From positions 496,001 through 560,000 of the forward strand of contig OZ059900.1 in the NCBI GenBank assembly GCA_964057225.1: 64,000 nucleotides of DNA. Direction: 5' to 3'. Below, piece after piece: positions 1-13,400 of the stretch. Under the pieces are notes generated by a model. That model was not told the DNA's origin. It worked only from the letters and a program-made list of their open reading frames with translations, and made no database searches. Source of the DNA: Auanema rhodensis (Eukaryota > Animalia > Nematoda). Within the stretch, counting starts at the first letter, position 1. The number at the start of each line of letters is the position of its first letter. The translations under genes and the position numbers were made by a program.

Positions 1-347
1 AAGCATAGTTTTACTGTCTATAACAACAAAAGTCATCAATTAAACGCTAGTGATAATTAAATACTGATTTTCGCTCAAATAGCATTACTACACTAAGTAT
101 GGTCGTTTTTATGCCTTTAACACCATATACTCACCGATTTTTGGTACAAAATCTGTAATACTTGTAAATTTTGATCATATTCGTTAAGATTCGAGAATCA
201 AACACATAATACACGAAATAAGTCTATTTTTATGAGTTTGCACTGATATTTATTTATTTTGATCAAAAAAGGTCGAAAATAGAAAGAATTTTTGAATTTT
301 CCGAGTTTTGAGTCCAATTGGGCTAAATCGCTCATATATATGATCAA
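1..347. repeat. Representative monomer (347 bp, ~28.5% GC, many A/T tracts). 348-bp variants carry a 1-bp insertion.
   Basis: Period measured directly. The 348-bp forms have AAATCACT instead of AAATACT, or AATCACTACATAC instead of AATCAAACACAC. Confidence 0.97.
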
Positions 348-1830
348 AAGCATAGTTTTACTGTCTATAACAACAAAAGTCATCAATTAAACGCTAGTGA
401 TATTTAAATACTGATTTTCGCTCAAGTAGCATTACTACACTAAGTATGGTCGTTTTTATGCCTTTAACACCATGTACTCACCGATTTTTGGTACAAAATC
501 TGTAATACTTGTAAATTTTGATCATATTCGTTAAGATTTGAGAATCAAACATACAATACACAAAATCAGTCTATTTTTATGAGCTTGCACTGATATATAT
601 TCATTTTGATCAAAAAAGGTCGAAAATAGAAAGAATTTTTGAAATTTCCGAGTTTTGAGCCCAATTGGGCTAAATCGCTCATATATATGATCAAAAGCAT
701 AGTTTTTTTGTCTATGATAACAAAAGTCTTTGAATATACACTAATAATGTTTAAATCACTGAATTTCACTCAAATAGCATTACTACACTAAGTATGGTCG
801 TTTTTATGCCTCTAACACCATATACTCACCGATTTTTGGTACAAAATCTGTAATACTTGTAAATTTTGATCATATTCGTTAAGATTCGAGAATCAAACAC
901 ATAATACACGAAATAAGTCTATTTTTATGAGTTTGCACTGATTATTATTCATTTTGATCAAAAAAGGTCGAAAATAGAAAGAATTTTTGAAATTTCCGAG
1001 TTTTGAGTCCAATTGGGCTAAATCGCTCATATATATGATCAAAAACATAGTTTTATTGTCTATAACAACAAAAGTCATCAATTAAACGCTAGTGATGTTT
1101 AAATACTGATTTTCGCTCAAATAGCATTACTACACTAAGTATGGTCGTTTTTATGCCTTTAACACCATATACTCACCGATTTTTGGTACAAAATCTGTGA
1201 TACTCGTAAATTTTGATCATATTCGGTGAGATTCGAGAATCAAACACACAATACACGAAATAAGTTTATTTTTACGAGTTTGCACTGATATTTATTCATT
1301 TTGATCAAAAAAGGTCGAAAATAGAAAGAATTTTTGAAATTTCCGAGTTTTGAGTCTAATTTGGCTAAATCGCTCATATATATGATCAAAAGCATAGTTT
1401 TATTGTCTATGATAACAAAAGTCTTCAAATATACACTAATAATGTTTAAATCACTGAATTTCACTCAAATAGCATTACTACACTAAGTATGGTCGTTTTT
1501 ATGCCTTTAACACCATATACTCACCGATTTTTGGTACAAAATCTGTAATACTTGTAAATTTTGATCATATTTGTTAAGATTTGAGAATCAAACACACAAT
1601 ACACAAAATCAGTATATTTTTATGAGTTTGCACTGATATATATTCATTTTGATCAAAAAAGGTCGAAAATAGAAAGAATTTTGGAAATGTCCGAGTTTTG
1701 AGTCGAATTTGGCTAAATCGCTCATATATATGATCAAAAGCATAGTTTTACTGTCTATAACAACAAAAGTCATCAATTAAACGCTAGTGATATTTAAATA
1801 CTGATTTTCGCTCAAGTAGCATTACTACAC
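1..1830. repeat. Divergent monomer cassette (end of A, then B-C-D-E-F), copy 1
   Basis: Ordered diagnostic variants: CATAATACACGAAATAAG, CATGTACT, GAGCCCAATTGGG, CTTTGAATATAC, GCCTCT, GATTATTA, CGGTGAG, TTACGAG, CAGTATAT. Matches the ORF cluster at 198-1464. Confidence 0.9.
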
Positions 1831-2506
1831 TAAGTATGGTCGTTTTTATGCCTTTAACACCATATACTCACCGATTTTTGGTACAAAATCTGTAATACTC
1901 GTAAATTTTGATCATATTCGTTAAGATTTGAGAATCAAACACACAATGCACAAAATCAGTCTATTTTTATGAGCTTGCACTGATATAGATTCATTTTGAT
2001 CAAAAAAGGTCGAAAATAGAAAGAATTTTTGAAATTTCCGAGTTTTGAGTCCAATTTGGCTGAATCGCTCATATATATGATCAAAAGCATAGTTTTATTG
2101 TCTATAACAACAAAAGTCATCAATTAAACGCTAGTGATGTTTTAATACTGAATTTCGCTCAAATAGCATTACTACACTAAGTATGGTCGTTTTTATGCCT
2201 TTAACACCATATACTCACCGATTTTTGGTACAAAATCTGTAATACTCGTAAATTTTGATCATATTCGTTAAGATTTGAAAATCAAACACACAATAAACAA
2301 AATCAGTTTATTTTTATGAGTTTGCACTGATATATATTCATTTTGATCAAAAAAGGTCGAAAATAGAAAGAATTTTTGAAATTTCCGAGTTTTGAGTCCA
2401 ATTTGGCTGAATCGCTCATATATATGATCAAAAGCATAGTTTTATTGTCTATAACAACAAAAGTCATCAATTGAACGCTAGTGATGTTTTAATACTGAAT
2501 TTCGCT

Positions 2507-5500
2507 CAAATAGCATTACTACACTAAGTATGGTCGTTTTTATGCCTTTAACACCATATACTCACCGATTTTTGGTACAAAATCTGTAATACTCGTAAAT
2601 TTTGATCATATTCGTTAAGATTTGAGAATCAAACACACAATAAACAAAATCAGTTTATTTTTATGAGTTTGCACTGATATATATTCATTTTGATCAAAAA
2701 AGGTCGAAAATAGAAAGAATTTTGGAAATGTCCGAGTTTTGAGTCCAATTTGGCTAAATCGCTCATATATATGATCAAAAGCATAGTTTTATTGTCTATA
2801 ACAACAAAAGTCATCAATTAAACGCTAGTGATGTTCAAATACTGATTTTCGCTCAAATAGCATTACTACACTAAGTATGGTCGTTTTTATGCCTTTAACA
2901 CCATATACTCACCGATTTTTGGTACAAAATCTGTAATACTCGTAAATTTTGATCATATTCGTTAAGATTTGAGAATCATACACACAATACACAAAATCAG
3001 TCTATTTTTATGAGCTTGCACTGATATATATTCATTTTGATCAAAAAAGGTCGAAAATAGAAAGAATTTTTGAAATTTCCGAGTTTTGAGTCCAATTTGG
3101 CTAAATCGCTCATATATATGATCAAAAGCATAGTTTTATTGTCTATGACAACAAAAGTCATTAATTAAACACTAATGATGTTTAAATCACTAAATTTCGC
3201 TCAAATAGCATTACTACACTAAGTATGGTCGTTTTTATGCCTTTAACACCATATACTCACCGATTTTTGGTACAAAATCTGTAATACTCGTAAATTTTGA
3301 TCATATTCGTTAAGATTTGAGAATCAAACACACAATACACAAAATCAGTCTATTTTTATGAGCTTGCACTGATATAGATTCATTTTGATCAAAAAAGGTC
3401 GAAAATAGAAAGAATTTTTGAAATTTCCGAGTTTTGAGTCCAATTTGGCTGAATCGCTCATATATATGATCAAAAGCATAGTTTTATTGTCTATAACAAC
3501 AAAAGTCATCAATTAAACGCTAGTGATGTTTTAATACTGAATTTCGCTCAAATAGCATTACTACACTAAGTATGGTCGTTTTTATGCCTTTAACACCATA
3601 TACTCACCGATTTTTGGTACAAAATCTGTAATACTCGTAAATTTTGATCATATTCGTTAAGATTTGAAAATCAAACACACAATAAACAAAATCAGTTTAT
3701 TTTTATGAGTTTGCACTGATATATATTCATTTTGATCAAAAAAGGTCGAAAATAGAAAGAATTTTGGAAATGTCCGAGTTTTGAGTCCAATTTGGCTAAA
3801 TCGCTCTTATATATGATCAAAAGCATAGTTTTATTGTCTATGACAACAAAAGTCATTAATTAAACACTAATGATGTTTAAATCACTAAATTTCGCTCAAA
3901 TAGCATTACTACACTAAGTATGGTCGTTTTTATGCCTTTAACACCATATACTCACCGATTTTTGGTACAAAATCTGTAATACTCGTAAATTTTGATCATA
4001 TTCGTTAAGATTTGAGAATCAAACACACAATACACAAAATCAGTCTATTTTTATGAGTTTGCACTGATATATATTCATTTTGATCAAAAAAGGTCGAAAA
4101 TAGAAAGAATTTTGGAAATGTCCGAGTTTTGAGTCGAATTTGGCTAAATCGCTCATATATATGATCAAAAGCATAGTTTTATTGTCTATGACAACAAAAG
4201 TCATTAATTAAACACTAATGATGTTTAAATCACTAAATTTCGCTCAAATAGCATTACTACACTAAGTATGGTCGTTTTTATGCCTTTAACACCATATACT
4301 CACCGATTTTTGGTACAAAATCTGTAATACTCGTAAATTTTGATCATATTCGTTAAGATTTGAGAATCAAACACACAATACACAAAATCAGTCTATTTTT
4401 ATGAGCTTGCACTGATATAGATTCATTTTGATCAAAAAAGGTCGAAAATAGAAAGAATTTTTGAAATTTCCGAGTTTTGAGTCCAATTTGGCTGAATCGC
4501 TCATATATATGATCAAAAGCATAGTTTTATTGTCTATAACAACAAAAGTCATCAATTAAACGCTAGTGATGTTTTAATACTGAATTTCGCTCAAATAGCA
4601 TTACTACACTAAGTATGGTCGTTTTTATGCCTTTAACACCATATACTCACCGATTTTTGGTACAAAATCTGTAATACTCGTAAATTTTGATCATATTCGT
4701 TAAGATTTGAAAATCAAACACACAATAAACAAAATCAGTTTATTTTTATGAGTTTGCACTGATATATATTCATTTTGATCAAAAAAGGTCGAAAATAGAA
4801 AGAATTTTTGAATTTTCCGAGTTTTGAGTCCAATTGGGCTAAATCGCTTATATATATGATCAAAAGCATAGTTTTATTGTCTATGACAACAAAAGTCATT
4901 AATTAAACACTAATGATGTTTAAATCACTAAATTTCGCTCAAATAGCATTACTACACTAAGTATGGTCGTTTTTATGCCTTTAACACCATATACTCACCG
5001 ATTTTTGGTACAAAATCTGTAATACTCGTAAATTTTGATCATATTCGTTAAGATTTGAGAATCAAACACACAATAAACAAAATCAGTTTATTTTTATGAG
5101 TTTGCACTGATATATATTCATTTTGATCAAAAAAGGTCGAAAATAGAAAGAATTTTGGAAATGTCCGAGTTTTGAGTCCAATTTGGCTAAATCGCTCATA
5201 TATATGATCAAAAGCATAGTTTTATTGTCTATAACAACAAAAGTCATCAATTAAACGCTAGTGATGTTCAAATACTGATTTTCGCTCAAATAGCATTACT
5301 ACACTAAGTATGGTCGTTTTTATGCCTTTAACACCATATACTCACCGATTTTTGGTACAAAATCTGTAATACTCGTAAATTTTGATCATATTCGTTAAGA
5401 TTTGAGAATCATACACACAATACACAAAATCAGTCTATTTTTATGAGCTTGCACTGATATATATTCATTTTGATCAAAAAAGGTCGAAAATAGAAAGAAT

Positions 5501-7372
5501 TTTTGAAATTTCCGAGTTTTGAGTCCAATTTGGCTAAATCGCTCATATATATGATCAAAAGCATAGTTTTATTGTCTATGACAACAAAAGTCATTAATTA
5601 AACACTAATGATGTTTAAATCACTAAATTTCGCTCAAATAGCATTACTACACTAAGTATGGTCGTTTTTATGCCTTTAACACCATATACTCACCGATTTT
5701 TGGTACAAAATCTGTAATACTCGTAAATTTTGATCATATTCGTTAAGATTTGAGAATCAAACACACAATACACAAAATCAGTCTATTTTTATGAGCTTGC
5801 ACTGATATAGATTCATTTTGATCAAAAAAGGTCGAAAATAGAAAGAATTTTTGAAATTTCCGAGTTTTGAGTCCAATTTGGCTGAATCGCTCATATATAT
5901 GATCAAAAGCATAGTTTTATTGTCTATAACAACAAAAGTCATCAATTAAACGCTAGTGATGTTTTAATACTGAATTTCGCTCAAATAGCATTACTACACT
6001 AAGTATGGTCGTTTTTATGCCTTTAACACCATATACTCACCGATTTTTGGTACAAAATCTGTAATACTCGTAAATTTTGATCATATTCGTTAAGATTTGA
6101 AAATCAAACACACAATAAACAAAATCAGTTTATTTTTATGAGTTTGCACTGATATATATTCATTTTGATCAAAAAAGGTCGAAAATAGAAAGAATTTTGG
6201 AAATGTCGGAGTTTTGAGTCCAATTTGGCTAAATCGCTCATATATATGATCAAAAGCATAGTTTTATTGTCTATGACAACAAAAGTCATTAATTAAACAC
6301 TAATGATGTTTAAATCACTAAATTTCGCTCAAATAGCATTACTACACTAAGTATGGTCGTTTTTATGCCTTTAACACCATATACTCACCGATTTTTGGTA
6401 CAAAATCTGTAATACTCGTAAATTTTGATCATATTCGTTAAGATTTGAGAATCAAACACACAATACACAAAATCAGTCTATTTTTATGAGTTTGCACTGA
6501 TATATATTCATTTTGATCAAAAAAGGTCGAAAATAGAAAGAATTTTGGAAATGTCCGAGTTTTGAGTCGAATTTGGCTAAATCGCTCATATATATGATCA
6601 AAAGCATAGTTTTATTGTCTATGACAACAAAAGTCATTAATTAAACACTAATGATGTTTAAATCACTAAATTTCGCTCAAATAGCATTACTACACTAAGT
6701 ATGGTCGTTTTTATGCCTTTAACACCATATACTTACCGATTTTTGGTACAAAATCTGTAATACTCGTAAATTTTGATCATATCCGTTAAGATTTGAGAAT
6801 CAAACACACAATACACAAAATCAGTCTATTTTTATGAGCTTGCACTGATATAGATTCATTTTGATCAAAAAAGGTCGAAAATAGAAAGAATTTTTGAAAT
6901 TTCCGAGTTTTGAGTCCAATTTGGCTGAATCGCTCATATATATGATCAAAAGCATAGTTTTATTGTCTATAACAACAAAAGTCATCAATTAAACGCTAGT
7001 GATGTTTTAATACTGAATTTCGCTCAAATAGCATTACTACACTAAGTATGGTCGTTTTTATGCCTTTAACACCATATACTCACCGATTTTTGGTACAAAA
7101 TCTGTAATACTCGTAAATTTTGATCATATTCGTTAAGATTTGAAAATCAAACACACAATAAACAAAATCAGTTTATTTTTATGAGTTTGCACTGATATAT
7201 ATTCATTTTGATCAAAAAAGGTCGAAAATAGAAAGAATTTTTGAATTTTCCGAGTTTTGAGTCCAATTGGGCTAAATCGCTTATATATATGATCAAAAGC
7301 ATAGTTTTATTGTCTATGACAACAAAAGTCATTAATTAAACACTAATGATGTTTAAATCACTAAATTTCGCT
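2507..7372. repeat. 7-monomer higher-order repeat (I-J-G-K-L-G-N, 2433 bp), two tandem units
   Basis: GAGAATCATAC at 2971 and 5404 (offset 2433). GTTCAAA, GTCGAAT and GCTTATA markers recur in the same order. Confidence 0.9.
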
Positions 7373-10300
7373 CAAATAGCATAACTACACTAAGTATGGT
7401 CGTTTTTATGCCTTTAACACCATATACTCACCGATTTTTGGTACAAAATCTGTAATACTCGTAAATTTTGATCATATTCGTTAAGATTTGAGAATCAAAC
7501 ACACAATATACAAAATCAGTCTATTTTTATGAGCTTGCACTGATATATATTCATTTTGATCAAAAAAGGTCGAAAATAGAAAGAATTTTTGAAATTTCCG
7601 AGTTTTGAGTCCAATTTGGCTAAATCGCTCATATATATGATCAAAAGCATAGTTTTATTGTCTATAACAACAAAAGTCATCAATTAAACGCTAGTGATGT
7701 TTAAATACTGAATTTCGCTCAAATAGCATTACTACACTAAGTATGGTCGTTTTTATGCCTTTAACACCATATACTCACCGATTTTTGGTACAAAATCTGT
7801 AATACTTGTAAATTTTGATCATATTTGTTAAGATTTGAGAATCAAACACACAATACACAAAATCAGTCTATTTTTATGAGTTTGCACTGATATATATTCA
7901 TTTTGATCAAAAAAGGTCGAAAATAGAAAGAATTTTTGAAATTTCCGAGTTTTGAGTCCAATTGGGCTAAATCGCTCATATATATGATCAAAAGCATAGT
8001 TTTATTGTCTATAACAACAAAAGTCATCAATTAAACGCTAGTGATGTTTAAATACTGAATTTCGCTCAAATAGCATTACTACACTAAGTATGGTCGTTTT
8101 TATGCCTTTAACACCATATACTCACCGATTTTTGGTACAAAATCTGTAATACTTGTAAATTTTGATCATATTTGTTAAGATTTGAGAATCAAACACACAA
8201 TACACAAAATCAGTCTATTTTTATGAGTTTGCACTGATATATATTCATTTTGATCAAAAAAGGTCGAAAATAGAAAGAATTTTTGAAATTTCCGAGTTTT
8301 GAGTCCAATTTGGCTAAATCGCTCATATATATGATCAAAAGCATAGTTTTATTGTCTATAACAACAAAAGTCATCAATTAAACGCTAGTGATGTTTAAAT
8401 ACTGAATTTCGCTCAAATAGCATTACTACACTAAGTATGGTCGTTTTTATGCCTTTAACACCATATACTCACCGATTTTTGGTACAAAATCTGTAATACT
8501 CGTAAATTTTGATCATATTCGTTAAGATTTGAGAATCAAACACACAATACACAAAATCAGTCTATTTTTATGAGCTTGCACTGATATATATTCATTTTGA
8601 TCAAAAAAGGTCGAAAATAGAAAGAATTTTTGAAATTTCCGAGTTTTGAGTCCAATTTGGCTAAATCGCTCATATATATGATCAAAAGCATAGTTTTATT
8701 GTCTATAACAACAAAAGTCATCAATTAAACGCTAGTGATGTTTAAATACTGAATTTCGCTCAAATAGCATTACTACACTAAGTATGGTCGTTTTTATGCC
8801 TTTAACACCATATACTCACCGATTTTTGGTACAAAATCTGTAATACTTGTAAATTTTGATCATATTTGTTAAGATTTGAGAATCAAACACACAATACACA
8901 AAATCAGTCTATTTTTATGAGTTTGCACTGATATATATTCATTTTGATCAAAAAAGGTCGAAAATAGAAAGAATTTTGGAAATGTCCGAGTTTTGAGTCC
9001 AATTTGGCTAAATCGCTCATATATATGATCAAAAGCATAGTTTTATTGTCTATAACAACAAAAGTCATCAATTAAACGCTAGTGATGTTTTAATACTGAA
9101 TTTCGCTCAAATAGCATTACTACACTAAGTATGGTCGTTTTTATGCCTTTAACACCATATACTCACCGATTTTTGGTACAAAATCTGTGATACTCGTAAA
9201 TTTTGATCATATTCGGTGAGATTCGAGAATCAAACACACAATACACGAAATAAGTTTATTTTTACGAGTTTGCACTGATATTTATTCATTTTGATCAAAA
9301 AAGGTCGAAAATAGAAAGAATTTTGGAAATGTCCGAGTTTTGAGTCCAATTTGGCTAAATCGCTCATATATATGATCAAAAGCATAGTTTTATTGTCTAT
9401 AACAACAAAAGTCATCAATTAAACGCTAGTGATGTTTTAATACTGAATTTCGCTCAAATAGCATTACTACACTAAGTATGGTCGTTTTTATGCCTTTAAC
9501 ACCATATACTCACCGATTTTCGGTACAAAATCTGTAATACTTGTAAATTTTGATCATATTTGTTAAGATTTGAGAATCAAACACACAATACACGAAATCA
9601 GTCTATTTTTATGAGCTTGCACTGATATATATTCATTTTGATCAAAAAAGGTCGAAAATAGAAAGAATTTTGGAAATGTCCGAGTTTTGAGTCCAATTTG
9701 GCTAAATCGCTCATATATATGATCAAAAGCATAGTTTTATTGTCTATAACAACAAAAGTCATCAATTAAACGCTAGTGATGTTTTAATACTGAATTTCGC
9801 TCAAATAGCATTACTACACTAAGTATGGTCGTTTTTATGCCTTTAACACCATATACTCACCGATTTTTGGTACAAAATCTGTAATACTCGTAAATTTTGA
9901 TCATATTCGTTAAGATTTGAGAATCAAACACACAATGCACAAAATCAGTCTATTTTTATGAGCTTGCACTGATATAGATTCATTTTGATCAAAAAAGGTC
10001 GAAAATAGAAAGAATTTTTGAAATTTCCGAGTTTTGAGTCCAATTTGGCTGAATCGCTCATATATATGATCAAAAGCATAGTTTTATTGTCTATAACAAC
10101 AAAAGTCATCAATTAAACGCTAGTGATGTTTTAATACTGAATTTCGCTCAAATAGCATTACTACACTAAGTATGGTCGTTTTTATGCCTTTAACACCATA
10201 TACTCACCGATTTTTGGTACAAAATCTGTAATACTCGTAAATTTTGATCATATTCGTTAAGATTTGAAAATCAAACACACAATAAACAAAATCAGTTTAT

Positions 10301-10495
10301 TTTTATGAGTTTGCACTGATATATATTCATTTTGATCAAAAAAGGTCGAAAATAGAAAGAATTTTTGAAATTTCCGAGTTTTGAGTCCAATTTGGCTGAA
10401 TCGCTCATATATATGATCAAAAGCATAGTTTTATTGTCTATAACAACAAAAGTCATCAATTGAACGCTAGTGATGTTTTAATACTGAATTTCGCT

Positions 10496-13400
10496 CAAAT
10501 AGCATTACTACACTAAGTATGGTCGTTTTTATGCCTTTAACACCATATACTCACCGATTTTTGGTACAAAATCTGTAATACTCGTAAATTTTGATCATAT
10601 TCGTTAAGATTTGAGAATCAAACACACAATAAACAAAATCAGTTTATTTTTATGAGTTTGCACTGATATATATTCATTTTGATCAAAAAAGGTCGAAAAT
10701 AGAAAGAATTTTGGAAATGTCCGAGTTTTGAGTCCAATTTGGCTAAATCGCTCATATATATGATCAAAAGCATAGTTTTATTGTCTATAACAACAAAAGT
10801 CATCAATTAAACGCTAGTGATGTTCAAATACTGATTTTCGCTCAAATAGCATTACTACACTAAGTATGGTCGTTTTTATGCCTTTAACACCATATACTCA
10901 CCGATTTTTGGTACAAAATCTGTAATACTCGTAAATTTTGATCATATTCGTTAAGATTTGAGAATCATACACACAATACACAAAATCAGTCTATTTTTAT
11001 GAGCTTGCACTGATATATATTCATTTTGATCAAAAAAGGTCGAAAATAGAAAGAATTTTTGAAATTTCCGAGTTTTGAGTCCAATTTGGCTAAATCGCTC
11101 ATATATATGATCAAAAGCATAGTTTTATTGTCTATGACAACAAAAGTCATTAATTAAACACTAATGATGTTTAAATCACTAAATTTCGCTCAAATAGCAT
11201 TACTACACTAAGTATGGTCGTTTTTATGCCTTTAACACCATATACTCACCGATTTTTGGTACAAAATCTGTAATACTCGTAAATTTTGATCATATTCGTT
11301 AAGATTTGAGAATCAAACACACAATACACAAAATCAGTCTATTTTTATGAGCTTGCACTGATATAGATTCATTTTGATCAAAAAAGGTCGAAAATAGAAA
11401 GAATTTTTGAAATTTCCGAGTTTTGAGTCCAATTTGGCTGAATCGCTCATATATATGATCAAAAGCATAGTTTTATTGTCTATAACAACAAAAGTCATCA
11501 ATTAAACGCTAGTGATGTTTTAATACTGAATTTCGCTCAAATAGCATTACTACACTAAGTATGGTCGTTTTTATGCCTTTAACACCATATACTCACCGAT
11601 TTTTGGTACAAAATCTGTAATACTCGTAAATTTTGATCATATTCGTTAAGATTTGAAAATCAAACACACAATAAACAAAATCAGTTTATTTTTATGAGTT
11701 TGCACTGATATATATTCATTTTGATCAAAAAAGGTCGAAAATAGAAAGAATTTTGGAAATGTCCGAGTTTTGAGTCCAATTTGGCTAAATCGCTCTTATA
11801 TATGATCAAAAGCATAGTTTTATTGTCTATGACAACAAAAGTCATTAATTAAACACTAATGATGTTTAAATCACTAAATTTCGCTCAAATAGCATTACTA
11901 CACTAAGTATGGTCGTTTTTATGCCTTTAACACCATATACTCACCGATTTTTGGTACAAAATCTGTAATACTCGTAAATTTTGATCATATTCGTTAAGAT
12001 TTGAGAATCAAACACACAATACACAAAATCAGTCTATTTTTATGAGTTTGCACTGATATATATTCATTTTGATCAAAAAAGGTCGAAAATAGAAAGAATT
12101 TTGGAAATGTCCGAGTTTTGAGTCGAATTTGGCTAAATCGCTCATATATATGATCAAAAGCATAGTTTTATTGTCTATGACAACAAAAGTCATTAATTAA
12201 ACACTAATGATGTTTAAATCACTAAATTTCGCTCAAATAGCATTACTACACTAAGTATGGTCGTTTTTATGCCTTTAACACCATATACTCACCGATTTTT
12301 GGTACAAAATCTGTAATACTCGTAAATTTTGATCATATTCGTTAAGATTTGAGAATCAAACACACAATACACAAAATCAGTCTATTTTTATGAGCTTGCA
12401 CTGATATAGATTCATTTTGATCAAAAAAGGTCGAAAATAGAAAGAATTTTTGAAATTTCCGAGTTTTGAGTCCAATTTGGCTGAATCGCTCATATATATG
12501 ATCAAAAGCATAGTTTTATTGTCTATAACAACAAAAGTCATCAATTAAACGCTAGTGATGTTTTAATACTGAATTTCGCTCAAATAGCATTACTACACTA
12601 AGTATGGTCGTTTTTATGCCTTTAACACCATATACTCACCGATTTTTGGTACAAAATCTGTAATACTCGTAAATTTTGATCATATTCGTTAAGATTTGAA
12701 AATCAAACACACAATAAACAAAATCAGTTTATTTTTATGAGTTTGCACTGATATATATTCATTTTGATCAAAAAAGGTCGAAAATAGAAAGAATTTTTGA
12801 ATTTTCCGAGTTTTGAGTCCAATTGGGCTAAATCGCTTATATATATGATCAAAAGCATAGTTTTATTGTCTATGACAACAAAAGTCATTAATTAAACACT
12901 AATGATGTTTAAATCACTAAATTTCGCTCAAATAGCATTACTACACTAAGTATGGTCGTTTTTATGCCTTTAACACCATATACTCACCGATTTTTGGTAC
13001 AAAATCTGTAATACTCGTAAATTTTGATCATATTCGTTAAGATTTGAGAATCAAACACACAATAAACAAAATCAGTTTATTTTTATGAGTTTGCACTGAT
13101 ATATATTCATTTTGATCAAAAAAGGTCGAAAATAGAAAGAATTTTGGAAATGTCCGAGTTTTGAGTCCAATTTGGCTAAATCGCTCATATATATGATCAA
13201 AAGCATAGTTTTATTGTCTATAACAACAAAAGTCATCAATTAAACGCTAGTGATGTTCAAATACTGATTTTCGCTCAAATAGCATTACTACACTAAGTAT
13301 GGTCGTTTTTATGCCTTTAACACCATATACTCACCGATTTTTGGTACAAAATCTGTAATACTTGTAAATTTTGATCATATTCGTTAAGATTCGAGAATCA

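Noticed and set aside
179-195. CENP-B-box-like ATTCGTTAAGATTCGAG
   Set aside because: Spacing is off by one and CGGG is not matched relative to TTCGNNNNANNCGGG. The second CG is absent in most monomers.
172-346. ~87-bp tetrameric substructure suggested by TGATCA spacing
   Set aside because: There is no fourth TGATCA at the expected position and no further similarity at that lag.
1-347. Assignment to the Drosophila 1.688/359-bp family or to beetle ~350-bp satellites
   Set aside because: Only length and AT-richness are similar. I cannot recognise real sequence identity without a database search.
1-347. 5S rRNA, tRNA or snRNA tandem gene unit
   Set aside because: No recognisable RNA gene sequence or Pol III A/B/C boxes, and the unit is too AT-rich.
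169-349. MITE bounded by the 12-bp inverted repeats
   Set aside because: No target-site duplication or dispersed copy is visible, and a third copy of the motif lies centrally. A transposon origin cannot be supported from this window.
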